Of a DNA stretch of 64,000 nt, positions 18,476 to 29,173 are shown in pieces. The notes under the pieces are model-generated. The model did no database searches. It was not told the DNA's origin and was given only the letters and a program-made list of their open reading frames with translations. Origin of the DNA: an uncultured Lachnospiraceae bacterium (GTDB lineage Bacteria > Bacillota > Clostridia > Oscillospirales > CAG-272); contig CAZBAR010000002.1 in the NCBI GenBank assembly GCA_964490165.1, positions 74,176-138,175 of the forward strand, given 5' to 3'. The number at the start of each line of letters is the position of its first letter. The stretch's first letter is position 1. A program made the position numbers and the translations under genes.

Positions 18476-19287
18476 GGAATAATATGAAAAAAGTCGGCGG
18501 CATATATATAGCTGTCATATTTATCATTATGTATCTTCCGCTCCTTGTAATGGTGGCGTTTTCCTTTAATGCCGCTAACAGCACCTCGAATTTTACGGGA
18601 TTTTCGCTGCATTGGTATGAGGAGATGCTGAGAGACAGTGCGGCTATGAACGCGCTGAAAAATACTATTATTCTGGCGGCTGTAAATGCTGTCGTGGCTA
18701 CAGTGCTGGGTACTATGGCTGCGGTGGGAATTTTCGGAATGAAAAATAAATGGTTCAGATCAGGAATACTGTCAGTAACAAATATTCCCATGATGAACCC
18801 CGAAATTGTAACGGGCGTTTCGCTTATGCTTTTGTTTGCCTTTGTGGGAAGACTTATGGCAAGTCCCGAGTCGCTTGGATTCGGTACTATGCTTATAGCA
18901 CACGTGACATTCAGCCTGCCTTATGTTGTGCTTAATGTGCTGCCTAAACTGAATCAGACGGATCCGCACCTCGCCGAGGCTGCTCAGGATCTCGGCAGCA
19001 CTCCGCTTCAAGCGTTTTTTAAGGTAGTATTTCCGTCAATAATGCCCGGTATCGTATCCGGCGCGCTCATGGCGTTCACGCTTTCTATTGACGACTTCGT
19101 TATCAGCCACTACGTAAGCGGCAGCTACACTACCTTGCCTTTGCTAATATACTCCATGACGAAAAAACGTGTCACACCTGAGATGTATGCGGTTTGTACC
19201 TGCATATTTGTGGCGGTGCTTGTGCTTTTGCTTGTTATGAATATAATGCAGCTGAAGCAGGCGAAAAAAATGAAAAACACGAAATAA
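18472..19287 (+). CDS. potC: spermidine/putrescine ABC transporter permease
   Basis: ATGA overlap with potB. EAA-loop (LAEAAQDLG). Confidence 0.85.
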   Translation: MRNNMKKVGGIYIAVIFIIMYLPLLVMVAFSFNAANSTSNFTGFSLHWYEEMLRDSAAMNALKNTIILAAVNAVVATVLGTMAAVGIFGMKNKWFRSGILSVTNIPMMNPEIVTGVSLMLLFAFVGRLMASPESLGFGTMLIAHVTFSLPYVVLNVLPKLNQTDPHLAEAAQDLGSTPLQAFFKVVFPSIMPGIVSGALMAFTLSIDDFVISHYVSGSYTTLPLLIYSMTKKRVTPEMYAVCTCIFVAVLVLLLVMNIMQLKQAKKMKNTK

Positions 19288-19320
19288 TGAAATAAATTGA
19301 ATTGAAAGGTAACATATCAA

Positions 19321-20433
19321 TTGAAAAAGATCATATCTATTATTCTTGCAGTAATGACTGTAGCTTCCGTATTTATGCTTTCTTCCTGTGCAAATGAGCC
19401 GCAGATCGACGCTGCTAAGCTGTCAGCTGAATATACAAGAGAGCTTGAGGGAACTACACTTAAGGTTTACAACTGGGGCGAATATATTTCCGACGGCAGC
19501 GACGGCTCTCTTGATGTAAACCGTGCTTTTGAATCTCTTACCGGAATAAAGGTAAAGTACAGTATGTACGATGACAACGAGACTATGTATTCCACTCTCG
19601 CAGCGGGCGCTACCTACTACGACATCATTATCCCCTCGGATTATATGATACAGCGCCTTATCAGAGAGGATATGCTGGAAAAGATCGATGTAGATAAGCT
19701 TTCAAATTATCACTATATAGATGATGCTTATAAGGGTCTCTATTTTGACCCGAATAACGAGTATTCCGTTGCGTATAACGTGGGTATGGTGGGACTTATT
19801 TATAATACCACTATGGTAGACGAGGTGCCCGATAGCTGGGATATTATGTGGAATGAAAAATATTCCGGAAATATTCTTATGTTCAACAATCCCCGCGATG
19901 CTTTCGCAATTGCTCAGTTCCGTCTCGGTCAGGATCTGAATACCGATAACAAGGCTGACTGGGATGCTGCTGCCGAGCTTCTAAAGGCGCAGAACGGTGT
20001 TCTCCAGTCCTATGTTATGGATGAGGTATTCAATAAAATGGAGGGCGCAAATGCCGCTATTGCTCCTTATTATGCCGGCGACTATCTGGCAATGAAGGAG
20101 AATAACGATAATCTGGCTTTCGTATATCCTAAAGAGGGCGTAAATATCTTTGCCGACGCTGTCTGCATACCCAAGGGCTGTCAGAATTATGATGCGGCAA
20201 TGATGTATATCAACTTCCTTATGGAGCCTGAGGTCGCTCTTGCAAATGCAGAAACCATTTGCTATGCAAGCCCCAATACGGCTGTTGTAAACAATGAAGA
20301 GTACACATATTACCAGAACGAGATACTCTATCCTTCCGAGGAGAATATGCCTGAGACCCAGTGGTTCCACGATATTGACGCTGATACCGTTAAATATTAT
20401 GAGGAGCTTTGGATAGGCGTCAAAAATTCATAA
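19321..20433 (+). CDS. potD: spermidine/putrescine-binding lipoprotein
   Basis: TTG start. Lipobox MLSSC. PotD-like length and sequence. Confidence 0.85.
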   Translation: MKKIISIILAVMTVASVFMLSSCANEPQIDAAKLSAEYTRELEGTTLKVYNWGEYISDGSDGSLDVNRAFESLTGIKVKYSMYDDNETMYSTLAAGATYYDIIIPSDYMIQRLIREDMLEKIDVDKLSNYHYIDDAYKGLYFDPNNEYSVAYNVGMVGLIYNTTMVDEVPDSWDIMWNEKYSGNILMFNNPRDAFAIAQFRLGQDLNTDNKADWDAAAELLKAQNGVLQSYVMDEVFNKMEGANAAIAPYYAGDYLAMKENNDNLAFVYPKEGVNIFADAVCIPKGCQNYDAAMMYINFLMEPEVALANAETICYASPNTAVVNNEEYTYYQNEILYPSEENMPETQWFHDIDADTVKYYEELWIGVKNS

Positions 20434-20439
20434 GTAAGA

Positions 20440-20487
20440 ATGTCTGACGGCATATGTGTAAGATCGTCTTTGCCGTCAGACATTTTC
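20440..20487 (+). terminator. pot operon terminator
   Basis: ATGTCTGACGGCA / TGCCGTCAGACAT 13-bp stem followed by TTT. Confidence 0.7.
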
Positions 20488-20519
20488 AGTAATTGCACTA
20501 AAGAAAGGTTATAACTATT

Positions 20520-21758
20520 ATGTCAATTCCGATAGCAGAAAAAAGAGTAGCCGATTTTGAAAATATGGGCTTCGGTATGTTTATCCATTACGGATTGTAT
20601 TCGCAGATGGGCTGTGGCGAATGGGTAATGAATATTGCAAATATTCCCGTTGAAGAATACAAAAAGCTGTTTGACACCTTCACTGCAAAGGATTTTGATG
20701 CTGAGAAGATAGCAAGAACAGCAAAAGCTGCCGGTATGAAGTATATCACACTGACAACACGCCACCACGACGGCTTCTCACTGTATGATACAAAGGGACT
20801 TTGCGACTACGACGCGCCTCATTCCCCTGCGGGACGCGACCTTGTGCGTGAGTTTGTAGACGCGTGCCGGGCAGAGGATATTATGCCTATGTTCTACCAT
20901 ACCACCCTTGACTGGTATCAGCCCTCATTCAATAATGATTTCAAGTCATATCTTAAATACCTGAATGACAGCGTTGAGGTTCTTTGTACTGAGTACGGCA
21001 AGATCGGCGGTCTGTGGTTTGATGGCAACTGGTCCCGTCCCGCTTCCGACTGGGATCCTGATACTCTGTATGCTACTATAAGAAAGCATCAGCCTGACGC
21101 ACTTATTATAGATAATACGGGACTTTCCGCAAGAGGCGCGGCAGGACATCCTGAGCTTGACAGCGTTACATTTGAGCAGGGAAGACCTACTCCTATGAAC
21201 CGCGAGGGTATGCCGAAGTATCTTGCAGCCGAAATGTGCCACACAATGAATGACCACTGGGGCTTCGGCAGCGGTGACTTTAACTATAAGAGTCTGCCCG
21301 AAATGATCGAAACACTTTGCGCTTGCCGCAAGGTTGGCGCTAACTATCTCTTGAATGTCGGACCTGACGGAGACGGAAATATAGTTCCCATGCAGCAGGT
21401 CATGCTTGAGTCTATAGGTAAGTGGATGGATATCTGCGGTCAGAGCCTGTATCGCGGCAGACCTTCAAAGATAAACGGCGACTATAAGAACTTTGCACTG
21501 GAGGCTGACGGTAAGGCGTATCTTTATATCCACGACCTTAACGTTGCCGGTGATGCACACGTTATCGTAGAGGGCGGCGGACGCGGCTTTAAGTATTTCA
21601 GAAATGTTGACCGCAAGGTCAGGACTATCCGCTGGACAGATACCGGTGAGATACTTGATTTTGTTCAGCACGGCGATAATCTTTGGTTCAATGCAACCGG
21701 CTTCCCTTACGGCTGTAATTATGTCGTAAGAGTAGCTGAGGTAGAGTTTGAAGGATAA
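20520..21758 (+). CDS. alpha-L-fucosidase (GH29)
   Basis: FGMFIHYGLYS...GEWVM N-terminal GH29 signature. No signal peptide. Confidence 0.85.
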   Translation: MSIPIAEKRVADFENMGFGMFIHYGLYSQMGCGEWVMNIANIPVEEYKKLFDTFTAKDFDAEKIARTAKAAGMKYITLTTRHHDGFSLYDTKGLCDYDAPHSPAGRDLVREFVDACRAEDIMPMFYHTTLDWYQPSFNNDFKSYLKYLNDSVEVLCTEYGKIGGLWFDGNWSRPASDWDPDTLYATIRKHQPDALIIDNTGLSARGAAGHPELDSVTFEQGRPTPMNREGMPKYLAAEMCHTMNDHWGFGSGDFNYKSLPEMIETLCACRKVGANYLLNVGPDGDGNIVPMQQVMLESIGKWMDICGQSLYRGRPSKINGDYKNFALEADGKAYLYIHDLNVAGDAHVIVEGGGRGFKYFRNVDRKVRTIRWTDTGEILDFVQHGDNLWFNATGFPYGCNYVVRVAEVEFEG

Positions 21759-21770
21759 ATGTGCAAAGAC

Positions 21771-21805
21771 AAAGGACAGATGCGAAATGCATCTGTCCTT
21801 TTTAC
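21771..21805 (+). terminator. terminator after the fucosidase gene
   Basis: AAAGGACAGATGC / GCATCTGTCCTTT stem followed by a T-run. Confidence 0.75.
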
Positions 21806-21857
21806 GTTTTATCGGATCAGCCGCAAGCGACTGAAATTTAATGTTTTGTAATGGATC

Positions 21858-22721
21858 TTATGAAAAATACTTTTTGATCATAATGCTTGCGATTATCTCT
21901 GCCGCAGCGCCTGAACCGGATGCGATGAAAGAAATCAGGTTTCCGCTGAACAGTGAAGATACAGCACCCAGAGCACTTAAGATACCGAGTACCATAAGCC
22001 AGATCTGTGCTGTATTGGTTTTTACAAAGCAAGGCTCACCTTTTTCCAGGCTCTTATATACCGACTGAGTGAAGAGGTGTATATTGTGTGTTGCAAAGAA
22101 GTTTACTACTGCTACAGCCGCAGCCGCTATGATGAATACAACGCCTATCAGTATAGCGGCGGCTGTCATTAAACCGCCTGCCAGATTGCCGTATCCAAAT
22201 CCGGACTCGTAGGATATGTACTGCATTATTTTTGCCATCAATCCGCTGCTGCTTGCGCCGAATATCATTACCAGAAGTCCGACAAAAGCGAGCGCTCCGG
22301 CGATGACATAATTTACTATGTATGAAGCAAATACAGTGCCGCTGGTAAATCTGAGGTATTCCTTGCTTGCTATTCCGTTGTATGCTTTAGAATATGTGAG
22401 CCACAAAAATACAGTGAACAGTATGTTGATAACAGATATACTGCCGCTGAAAATGGAAAAAGCAGTGCTGACGCTGAAAAGGATGCACAAGGTTAAGAAC
22501 AGGTTATCCTTCAGTGCTGTCAGAATACGTTCGGAAACTGTACCTGTATTCGCTGCTGTGTTTTGCGGTGTAGGTGTGTAGAAGATCTGAGCCTCGGGAG
22601 CGGGAGCGGGAGCTTGTGTCATCTCAGGCTCATTTTGGGGCATATTGCCCTGAGCAGCACCGCATTGCGGGCAAAATGCGAAATTGTTCTGGCTTTCGAA
22701 ATCGCAATTATTGCATTTCAT
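21858..22721 (-). CDS. zinc-ribbon-domain membrane protein
   Basis: N-terminal CNNC...CPQC ribbon, Pro/Ala/Gln linker, ~6 TM helices. Confidence 0.65.
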   Translation of the reverse strand: MKCNNCDFESQNNFAFCPQCGAAQGNMPQNEPEMTQAPAPAPEAQIFYTPTPQNTAANTGTVSERILTALKDNLFLTLCILFSVSTAFSIFSGSISVINILFTVFLWLTYSKAYNGIASKEYLRFTSGTVFASYIVNYVIAGALAFVGLLVMIFGASSSGLMAKIMQYISYESGFGYGNLAGGLMTAAAILIGVVFIIAAAAVAVVNFFATHNIHLFTQSVYKSLEKGEPCFVKTNTAQIWLMVLGILSALGAVSSLFSGNLISFIASGSGAAAEIIASIMIKKYFS

Positions 22722-22867
22722 TTGTTGTTTCTCCTTACTGTGTTTTTGTTAGTAATTGTATTATATCACAAAAAACAGATTTTTCAAGGATATTGTTATA
22801 TTTTTATGATGCTTTATGTGCGAAATCTGTCAGTGCGTTCAAATTAACGCGAATACCGTAGCTTTAA

Positions 22868-22896
22868 TAAAAAACCGACCGCCTTTCGGCGGTCGG
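22868..22896 (-). terminator. terminator of the SleB-like gene
   Basis: CCGACCGCC-gaaa-GGCGGTCGG followed by TTTTTT on the minus strand. Confidence 0.8.
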
Positions 22897-22907
22897 GACT
22901 GAGATTT

Positions 22908-23807
22908 TTATGAAAAAAATGTGTGATTTCCGATTGTCATTGCATAGGGTCTGTTTTCCGCTACCCATGTGTTTGTGGCAATTTCCTGATTTACGAAGAA
23001 CAATACCGAGTCGGAAACGCTTGCTCCGTCAAGGCAGAGCTTGGCGGCAATAATGCTTTCTTCATTTGGTGTGTTGTATACTGTTCCGTTTGCAGCGGGG
23101 GTAAACTGAATACCGCAGTTTTTGTCAAAGATAACTCCGTATATTGTCGAGGGAAACAGGCTGCTTTGAGTTCGGTTAAGAACAACATTGCCTACCGCTA
23201 TTTTTCCGAGCAGCGGCTCTCCGCACGCTTCTGCGTTGATAATTCTTGCAAGCCACAATACGCAGTCAGCGTCATAATAGCTCTCGGCAGGGCTTATTGC
23301 TCCGTCTCCGTTAACATAAACAGAGAATTCGGTACCGTTCCATTCAACGGTGCTGTTAAATGCTTTTGCGATCGTTCTTATGGGGACGTACATCGTTCCG
23401 TCAATTATTTGTATTCCGTCCTTTATCCATAAGTATCTGCCGTTAGCAGTAATATATGTGTCAAGGTATTTTGCTCTTATGGTAAGGTTGTCCGCAGTGA
23501 TTACGGCAGTTTTTTCAGCGGAGCTCCAGTCAACGCTGCTCGCCCCCATAAACATCGCATATTCGCGTATTCCGACGTATGTTGTTGAATCTTTGAGAAA
23601 TGCTTTGCCTAAGTATTCCTGACCGTTAATATAGATCCTCGGTGCACCCGCGCTCCTCAGAGACTCGTATATCCCCGAGGTCTCTTCTGCTTGTCCTTCT
23701 CCGATATTTGCTGCGCTTATCCCCGCGCTGAACGGTGAGACAAGCATTGCACACAAAATAAGTATTGCGCATCGTCGAATTCTTTTCTTCCTCATAAGCT
23801 TAATCAT
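22908..23807 (-). CDS. secreted cell-wall hydrolase: copper-amine-oxidase-N-like stalk domain plus SleB-type hydrolase domain
   Basis: Signal peptide. YVPIRTIAKAFNSTVEWNG stalk motif. LARIINAEACGEP...GNVVLNR...QFTP SleB/Hydrolase_2 motifs. Confidence 0.75.
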   Translation of the reverse strand: MIKLMRKKRIRRCAILILCAMLVSPFSAGISAANIGEGQAEETSGIYESLRSAGAPRIYINGQEYLGKAFLKDSTTYVGIREYAMFMGASSVDWSSAEKTAVITADNLTIRAKYLDTYITANGRYLWIKDGIQIIDGTMYVPIRTIAKAFNSTVEWNGTEFSVYVNGDGAISPAESYYDADCVLWLARIINAEACGEPLLGKIAVGNVVLNRTQSSLFPSTIYGVIFDKNCGIQFTPAANGTVYNTPNEESIIAAKLCLDGASVSDSVLFFVNQEIATNTWVAENRPYAMTIGNHTFFS

Positions 23808-24149
23808 AAAGACTCCTTTCGTGCCGCCGACAGGCGGTGTTGCGTTTTAGGCTGCCGCAGATTTTGTTTTTGCGGCGCCTGCGGTGATGTCTCAGCCGCA
23901 CAGACGCTGTAGGTTTGTCACTTTCTTTTCAGCTCTGCGTTATAAATTTTATCACCCCGCGCCTCAGTAATCAACGAACAGTTTTTTCCTTGGAAGCACT
24001 GTATAAAAACGGAATTAGTGCGGCTGTAAAAAATAGTGCAAGGCAATTGATTTTTTCGGCGCGTTGTAGTATTATATATATGTATGTGTTATTGAAAGTA
24101 TGACAGCGAAGTAAAAAATTTTTTATAACTTGGCAGTACGGAGGAGAGT

Positions 24150-25607
24150 ATGACTTACAATAAACGAAAAAAAGTAAATACCTGCCTGCTGTCCCTGCTT
24201 TTGGCAATAAGCATTTTTGCTTTTTCAGGCTGCGGAGTTTTTTCACTTAACCGTATACCGGAGAACAGCAGGAGCGAAGAAACAACGGCTGACCATAAAA
24301 ATGATATCACCGATTTCAGAAAATACGATGCCGATTATAACGAAGCCTTTATTGAATTTGAAAAATATACCTTGAATAAAGATTATTCCGGCGGCGCCTG
24401 CAAAATAGTAACGTCAGGGCGGGATGTTATTACGCCTGACGAAACAACATCTACCGTTATGTCTGAGGAATTCAGCAACAGAAATGCTGCCGTTGGCAAG
24501 GTGCTTAATCTGAGCATTGTAAGCGAGACTGTGGATATCGACACTATGTATGAGCAGTTAAGGCAGTCGATGCTGTCAGAGTCATATTTTGCCGATATTG
24601 TAATGATACCGCAGAATAAAATAAGCGGTTTTGCCGCATTGGGCGTTATCAGAAATTTGCGCAGTATGCCGTCGTTTGACTACAGCGCACGGTTTTTGTT
24701 TTCAACCTCTGTAGCCGCCGGCGGCGGTGGCGATGCAGTTTACGGCGTTGCCAGCTATGCGTCTCTTGAGCCGGACTCACTGTGCGGGATATATTTCAAC
24801 AAAGATATTCTGTCCTCGCTGGGGCTTGAGTCTCCCTATGCTTTGGTTAAAAAGGGAGAATGGACAGTTGAAAAATATAAGGAATACGCTGCGGCGGCAA
24901 GCGCCGCCGGATATGCGGTATACGGTGCAGAGAGCACCTCGGAATATCTTACCGATCTGTTTTACTTTTCGCAGGGCGGCAGGCTTATCGATTATCAGAT
25001 CGGTCAATTTCCTACTCTTCTGATAGGTGGAGAACAGTCACTTAATATAGCAAGATCTGCTTCATCTGTTGTAAATACAGGTCCCGCAGTATTTGAGGGC
25101 GCTGTAGACAGCTTTGCAGGCGGTAAGTCTTTATTCCTTATCGAAAAGCTGTCCTGTGTGAAAACTCTTGCCGATGCTGCGTGCAATTGGGGACTGCTTC
25201 CGCTGCCGAAATACAGTGCAGATCAGCAAAGCTATTCATCTCTTGCAGTCAGCGACAGCGCGATGTTTTTTGCGCTTCCCACAGGTGCACCGGACTATAC
25301 TATGTCAGGCGACGTTATAAATGCTGTCAGCATCATGTCGTACGGGTATACCGCAGACGCCTATGTTACGGATGCTATGTATTATTATCTGCGCGATAAT
25401 TCGTCTGCCGAGATGATGGGTATTATTATGTCAAACCCGGTATATGACGGCGCTTATACCTTTGCCGACAGAAACGACGCGGTGTGGTGTGCAACCTACG
25501 GCGCTATCAGAAGTAATACCTATGGCACCCAGTCGGTTGAAAACGCCGTAGGGTATTGGGCGGACAGCTTTACAAACTCTATGTATAATAATTTTACTGT
25601 AGATTGA
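24150..25607 (+). CDS. lipoprotein resembling an ABC-type sugar solute-binding protein (no cognate permease nearby)
   Basis: Lipobox FAFSGC. SBP_bac_1-like length and segments (ADIVMIPQNKISGFAALG). Confidence 0.55.
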   Translation: MTYNKRKKVNTCLLSLLLAISIFAFSGCGVFSLNRIPENSRSEETTADHKNDITDFRKYDADYNEAFIEFEKYTLNKDYSGGACKIVTSGRDVITPDETTSTVMSEEFSNRNAAVGKVLNLSIVSETVDIDTMYEQLRQSMLSESYFADIVMIPQNKISGFAALGVIRNLRSMPSFDYSARFLFSTSVAAGGGGDAVYGVASYASLEPDSLCGIYFNKDILSSLGLESPYALVKKGEWTVEKYKEYAAAASAAGYAVYGAESTSEYLTDLFYFSQGGRLIDYQIGQFPTLLIGGEQSLNIARSASSVVNTGPAVFEGAVDSFAGGKSLFLIEKLSCVKTLADAACNWGLLPLPKYSADQQSYSSLAVSDSAMFFALPTGAPDYTMSGDVINAVSIMSYGYTADAYVTDAMYYYLRDNSSAEMMGIIMSNPVYDGAYTFADRNDAVWCATYGAIRSNTYGTQSVENAVGYWADSFTNSMYNNFTVD

Positions 25608-25627
25608 AGAAAGGTACAGACATTTTT

Positions 25628-28537
25628 ATGAATTACAACTGCGTGAAATCGAGAGACGTCGCACCGTCTCCGTATGACAATCTGAAAACAGTTTTCGGCG
25701 GCGTTACGTCAGGCATATGTGACGCTGAATTCCTTGATGCGTGCGGCGAGCACATAATAGCCGCTGCGGGGCTTCCTTTCAATATGCCCATATGTCTTCA
25801 GCTTATAAATAACAGCCGTGTCTGCGACTATATGGCGTCCTTCGGTAAGGCTGACCATATGTTTTTGCTCGGTTCGGAGATCAGGCATTTTACAGGCGAC
25901 GGGGAGCAGAATACCCCCTCTGATGTGAAAGAGGTTATCAAAGAGGTATATTCAAGGCTTGAAAACAGTGCCGGCTATATAGATACAGACGGGTCTCATG
26001 TTATCGATCTGAAAGCGTACCCCGTAGGAAGTCATTTTGACGTAAACCTTTTGCTCGGCAACAGAGTAGGCTTTAATAATCCTCTTCTTACAACTCCGAA
26101 ATCGGCACTCGACTCTTTCGGACGCGGTTCATTCCGCGGCGCTGCTGAAGATCAGGTCCTTGCAACCCGTTACGTTCTGCGTATGGAGGAAAACGGAGAG
26201 CCTGCCAACAGACAGTTTTATCTTGTTGAAAACGGAAAACAGATATTTTACAGCGCAGATGTAAGCCGCAACGTTAAATCTGCTTTTTGCAGACATATGC
26301 AGAACAGAACCGTTATCACATATGAAACAGAGTGCGGACTGAAAATAACACGCACGATATTTATTCTTCCTGCTGAAAAAGGAATGCCCGAGGCTGTTGA
26401 AGCACAGCGCGTGGAGATAGAAAATCTTACAGACAGCGCTCGCAATGTGAAGATAGTGTTCACGGGTATGTTCGGAATATTTGATGCTTCAGGAGTTTCC
26501 GGCGATATCGTTTATGTCAATATCGTGCATGAGTCCGGCTTGATCACAGAAGGAAACGGACGTCCTGTAGCGATAACACCGTGCTTTCATCCTGCCGGCG
26601 GTAAGCGACAGGCAAGATTTGCACTTCTTCTTGCAAACGGCGAATTCTTTGATGAATACTGCGTAAACTACGCTGAGTTCCTCGGTGCAGGGGATATAAT
26701 GCATCCTGAAAATGTTGCGCATTTGTCAAGCCGTCAGAACAGAAAGGCAGCACCTTTTTTTGCCATGGCAAAAAATCTGACAATAGCTTCCGGCAGTACT
26801 GCCGGAGCTGACTCATACGCAGGTATATCGACCGATCCCGTTACCGCAGTGCCCGTGCTGATAGCTGCGCTTGATAACTTTATTGCAAAATATAAGGATC
26901 CTGCATCTCTTGAAAAGTCATACAAAAATATGATCGACTTTGTTGATGATTATTCATCCTATGTTGATCTGCACACTGATGATAAAAGGCTGAATTCATA
27001 TATCAGCAAAAATCTGCCGATGCAGGTGCTTTATCAGTCCTTTGTTACAAGAGCCTTTGCGTGGACGCAAAAGGGAGGCAGACAGGTAGGCTTCCGCGAA
27101 ATACAGGATATGTATGCTTCCATGTATTATATGAGCGCTATGGGTAATTCAGCTCTGGCAAAGGATATGATAACCCAGTGGGCTGCCAATGTGTGGGAGG
27201 ACGGATATGCTAACCACAATTTCTATTGGACTGGTAACGGTGTCGGAAGCGCGTCTGACGACCAGCTTTGGCTTGTACAGGCTGTGTACAGATATATAAT
27301 GCTGACGGGAGACGTCGGTTTCCTTGACGAGAATTATCCTATATACGGAAGCGAGAAAAAGCGCAGTATTCTTGATACTATGCTTTCCGCCGTTTTCTAC
27401 AGCGGAAAAATATCTGTCGGCCGCCACGGACTTCCGCTTCTTGACGGATGTGACTGGAATGACTGCCTTTGCCTGGACGATGACTGTGTAAACGCAGTTG
27501 AAAAAATGAGACTGTACAGAATACAGCTTGAAGAAAAAGGGCAGGAATACGGCGCACCGTGGGAAAACCATATTACAGAGAGCGTTATGAACGCGTTTCT
27601 TTTGAAGCTGGCGCTTGACGAGCTGTCTGAGCTGTGCGCAATAACAGGCAGAGATGAGCTCAGCGCGTCTCTTGCAGCTGATAGTAAGAATCTTTTTGAC
27701 AATATTCAAGAGCACGCATGGAAAGGCGATTTCTTTGCACGCTGCCTTATAAATAATCCCGCAAAGGGATTTGAATACCTCGGAGGCGCAGGCGACGGAC
27801 TTTCTGCAGAGCCTGAGTTCCCCGGTTCGTATTGGCTTAACTCTTTCTCATGGTCTATACTTTCTGACTGTGCAAGCGAAGAACAGATCGATAAAATGAC
27901 TGATGCGGTCATTAAGTATATTAAAACGCCCTTCGGCCTCACCCTTACATCGCCGTGCGCCCTTGATAAAATATCAAATCGCACTGCTATGGATCACTAT
28001 TTCCACGGTGACCGCGAAAACGGTGCGGTGTTCAAGCACGCTGCTATGATGGCTTGTGCAGCGATGTTCAAGGCTGTAAAGACAGTAAAGAGCAGCGCTC
28101 TTGCAGAAAAGTTGGCGGGACTGGCATTCTGGATGCTTGACTTCGTATTTCCGTTTAAGGCTATGGATACGCCTTTTGTTACTAAGGGTAACCCGCGGTT
28201 CTGTACTCAGTATAACAACAGTGAGACGGGCGAGGCTATCGGCCCCATGCTGTCCGGTACGGCAAGCTGGCTGGCGCTTTGCACCTTTGAATTCCTCGGA
28301 ATATCTCATGTTGACGGCGGCATCAATATTGTCCCCGTGCTGCCTTTTGAGCTTGAAAAAGCCCGTTACAGTGTAAAGGTAGACGGAACTGTGTTTGATA
28401 TAACCGTCGAAAAGAAAAAAGGCTTTGCAAGACCCGATGCCAATACGGTATATACATTTGACGGCAAGGTATGTACGTCGGTCGTACCCAACCCGCGTGA
28501 CGGAAGGACCCATAAAATCGGGGTAGTAATTAAATGA
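25628..28537 (+). CDS. GH94-like (cellobiose/glucan-phosphorylase-type, (alpha/alpha)6-barrel) glycoside phosphorylase or hydrolase
   Basis: LLDGCDWNDCL and GDRENGAVFKHAAMMA resemble GH94 catalytic-region motifs. No signal peptide. An alternative TTG start at 25604 is possible. Confidence 0.65.
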   Translation: MNYNCVKSRDVAPSPYDNLKTVFGGVTSGICDAEFLDACGEHIIAAAGLPFNMPICLQLINNSRVCDYMASFGKADHMFLLGSEIRHFTGDGEQNTPSDVKEVIKEVYSRLENSAGYIDTDGSHVIDLKAYPVGSHFDVNLLLGNRVGFNNPLLTTPKSALDSFGRGSFRGAAEDQVLATRYVLRMEENGEPANRQFYLVENGKQIFYSADVSRNVKSAFCRHMQNRTVITYETECGLKITRTIFILPAEKGMPEAVEAQRVEIENLTDSARNVKIVFTGMFGIFDASGVSGDIVYVNIVHESGLITEGNGRPVAITPCFHPAGGKRQARFALLLANGEFFDEYCVNYAEFLGAGDIMHPENVAHLSSRQNRKAAPFFAMAKNLTIASGSTAGADSYAGISTDPVTAVPVLIAALDNFIAKYKDPASLEKSYKNMIDFVDDYSSYVDLHTDDKRLNSYISKNLPMQVLYQSFVTRAFAWTQKGGRQVGFREIQDMYASMYYMSAMGNSALAKDMITQWAANVWEDGYANHNFYWTGNGVGSASDDQLWLVQAVYRYIMLTGDVGFLDENYPIYGSEKKRSILDTMLSAVFYSGKISVGRHGLPLLDGCDWNDCLCLDDDCVNAVEKMRLYRIQLEEKGQEYGAPWENHITESVMNAFLLKLALDELSELCAITGRDELSASLAADSKNLFDNIQEHAWKGDFFARCLINNPAKGFEYLGGAGDGLSAEPEFPGSYWLNSFSWSILSDCASEEQIDKMTDAVIKYIKTPFGLTLTSPCALDKISNRTAMDHYFHGDRENGAVFKHAAMMACAAMFKAVKTVKSSALAEKLAGLAFWMLDFVFPFKAMDTPFVTKGNPRFCTQYNNSETGEAIGPMLSGTASWLALCTFEFLGISHVDGGINIVPVLPFELEKARYSVKVDGTVFDITVEKKKGFARPDANTVYTFDGKVCTSVVPNPRDGRTHKIGVVIK

Positions 28538-29172
28538 AGACAATAAAGATACCGTCTCAGGGATACTCTTCCAACTGTTGGCTGGCAATCGACGAGGACA
28601 GCGGAGAATTTGCGCTGATCGATCCGTCACCCGACGGCGAGGTGATATCGGCGCGTATACAGCAAAGAGGGCTTGACCTTAAGAATCTGAAGTATATACT
28701 GCTCACTCACGGTCATTTTGACCATATTACAGGCGCTGACAGTATAAGAGACATATGCGGTGCACCCCTGTGCGTGCACGAAGCGGATGCCGCCTGCCTT
28801 AATACTGATGCAAATGAATACAAATACTTCTTTCGCAGAAGTCTTATATGCCGCCCTGCCGAGATAATTCTTCATGACGGCGATATGCTTGAAGTAGGCG
28901 GATCGGTAATAAAGGTGTTGCACACTTCGGGACATACTAAGGGAAGTGTTTGCTATATTACCGATAACGCGATATATTCAGGCGATACTCTTTTCGATAT
29001 GTCTATAGGACGTACCGATCTTACGGGCGGAAGCATCGGCGAGCTTCGGAGCAGTATCAGAATGCTGGTAAATATTTTCGGAGACTGTGACTATAAGCTG
29101 TATCCCGGGCACGGCTCAATTTCAACACTGAAAAAACAACTTGAATTTAATCCCTATCTGAAAGGACTTTAA
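28534..29172 (+). CDS. MBL-fold metallo-hydrolase (glyoxalase II-like)
   Basis: LLTHGHFDHITG and GH motifs. ATGA overlap with the upstream gene. Confidence 0.8.
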   Translation: MKTIKIPSQGYSSNCWLAIDEDSGEFALIDPSPDGEVISARIQQRGLDLKNLKYILLTHGHFDHITGADSIRDICGAPLCVHEADAACLNTDANEYKYFFRRSLICRPAEIILHDGDMLEVGGSVIKVLHTSGHTKGSVCYITDNAIYSGDTLFDMSIGRTDLTGGSIGELRSSIRMLVNIFGDCDYKLYPGHGSISTLKKQLEFNPYLKGL

Positions 29173-29173
29173 T

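Noticed and set aside
23808-23945. A c-di-AMP (ydaO-type) riboswitch upstream of the SleB-like hydrolase gene.
   Set aside because: I could not find the pseudo-two-fold conserved core by eye. I kept it only as a generic structured-leader finding.
23971-24246. 91-aa minus-strand ORF and 62-aa plus-strand ORF in the 23808-24149 intergenic region.
   Set aside because: They have no RBS and low-complexity or odd composition, and they overlap the promoter and start of the flanking genes.
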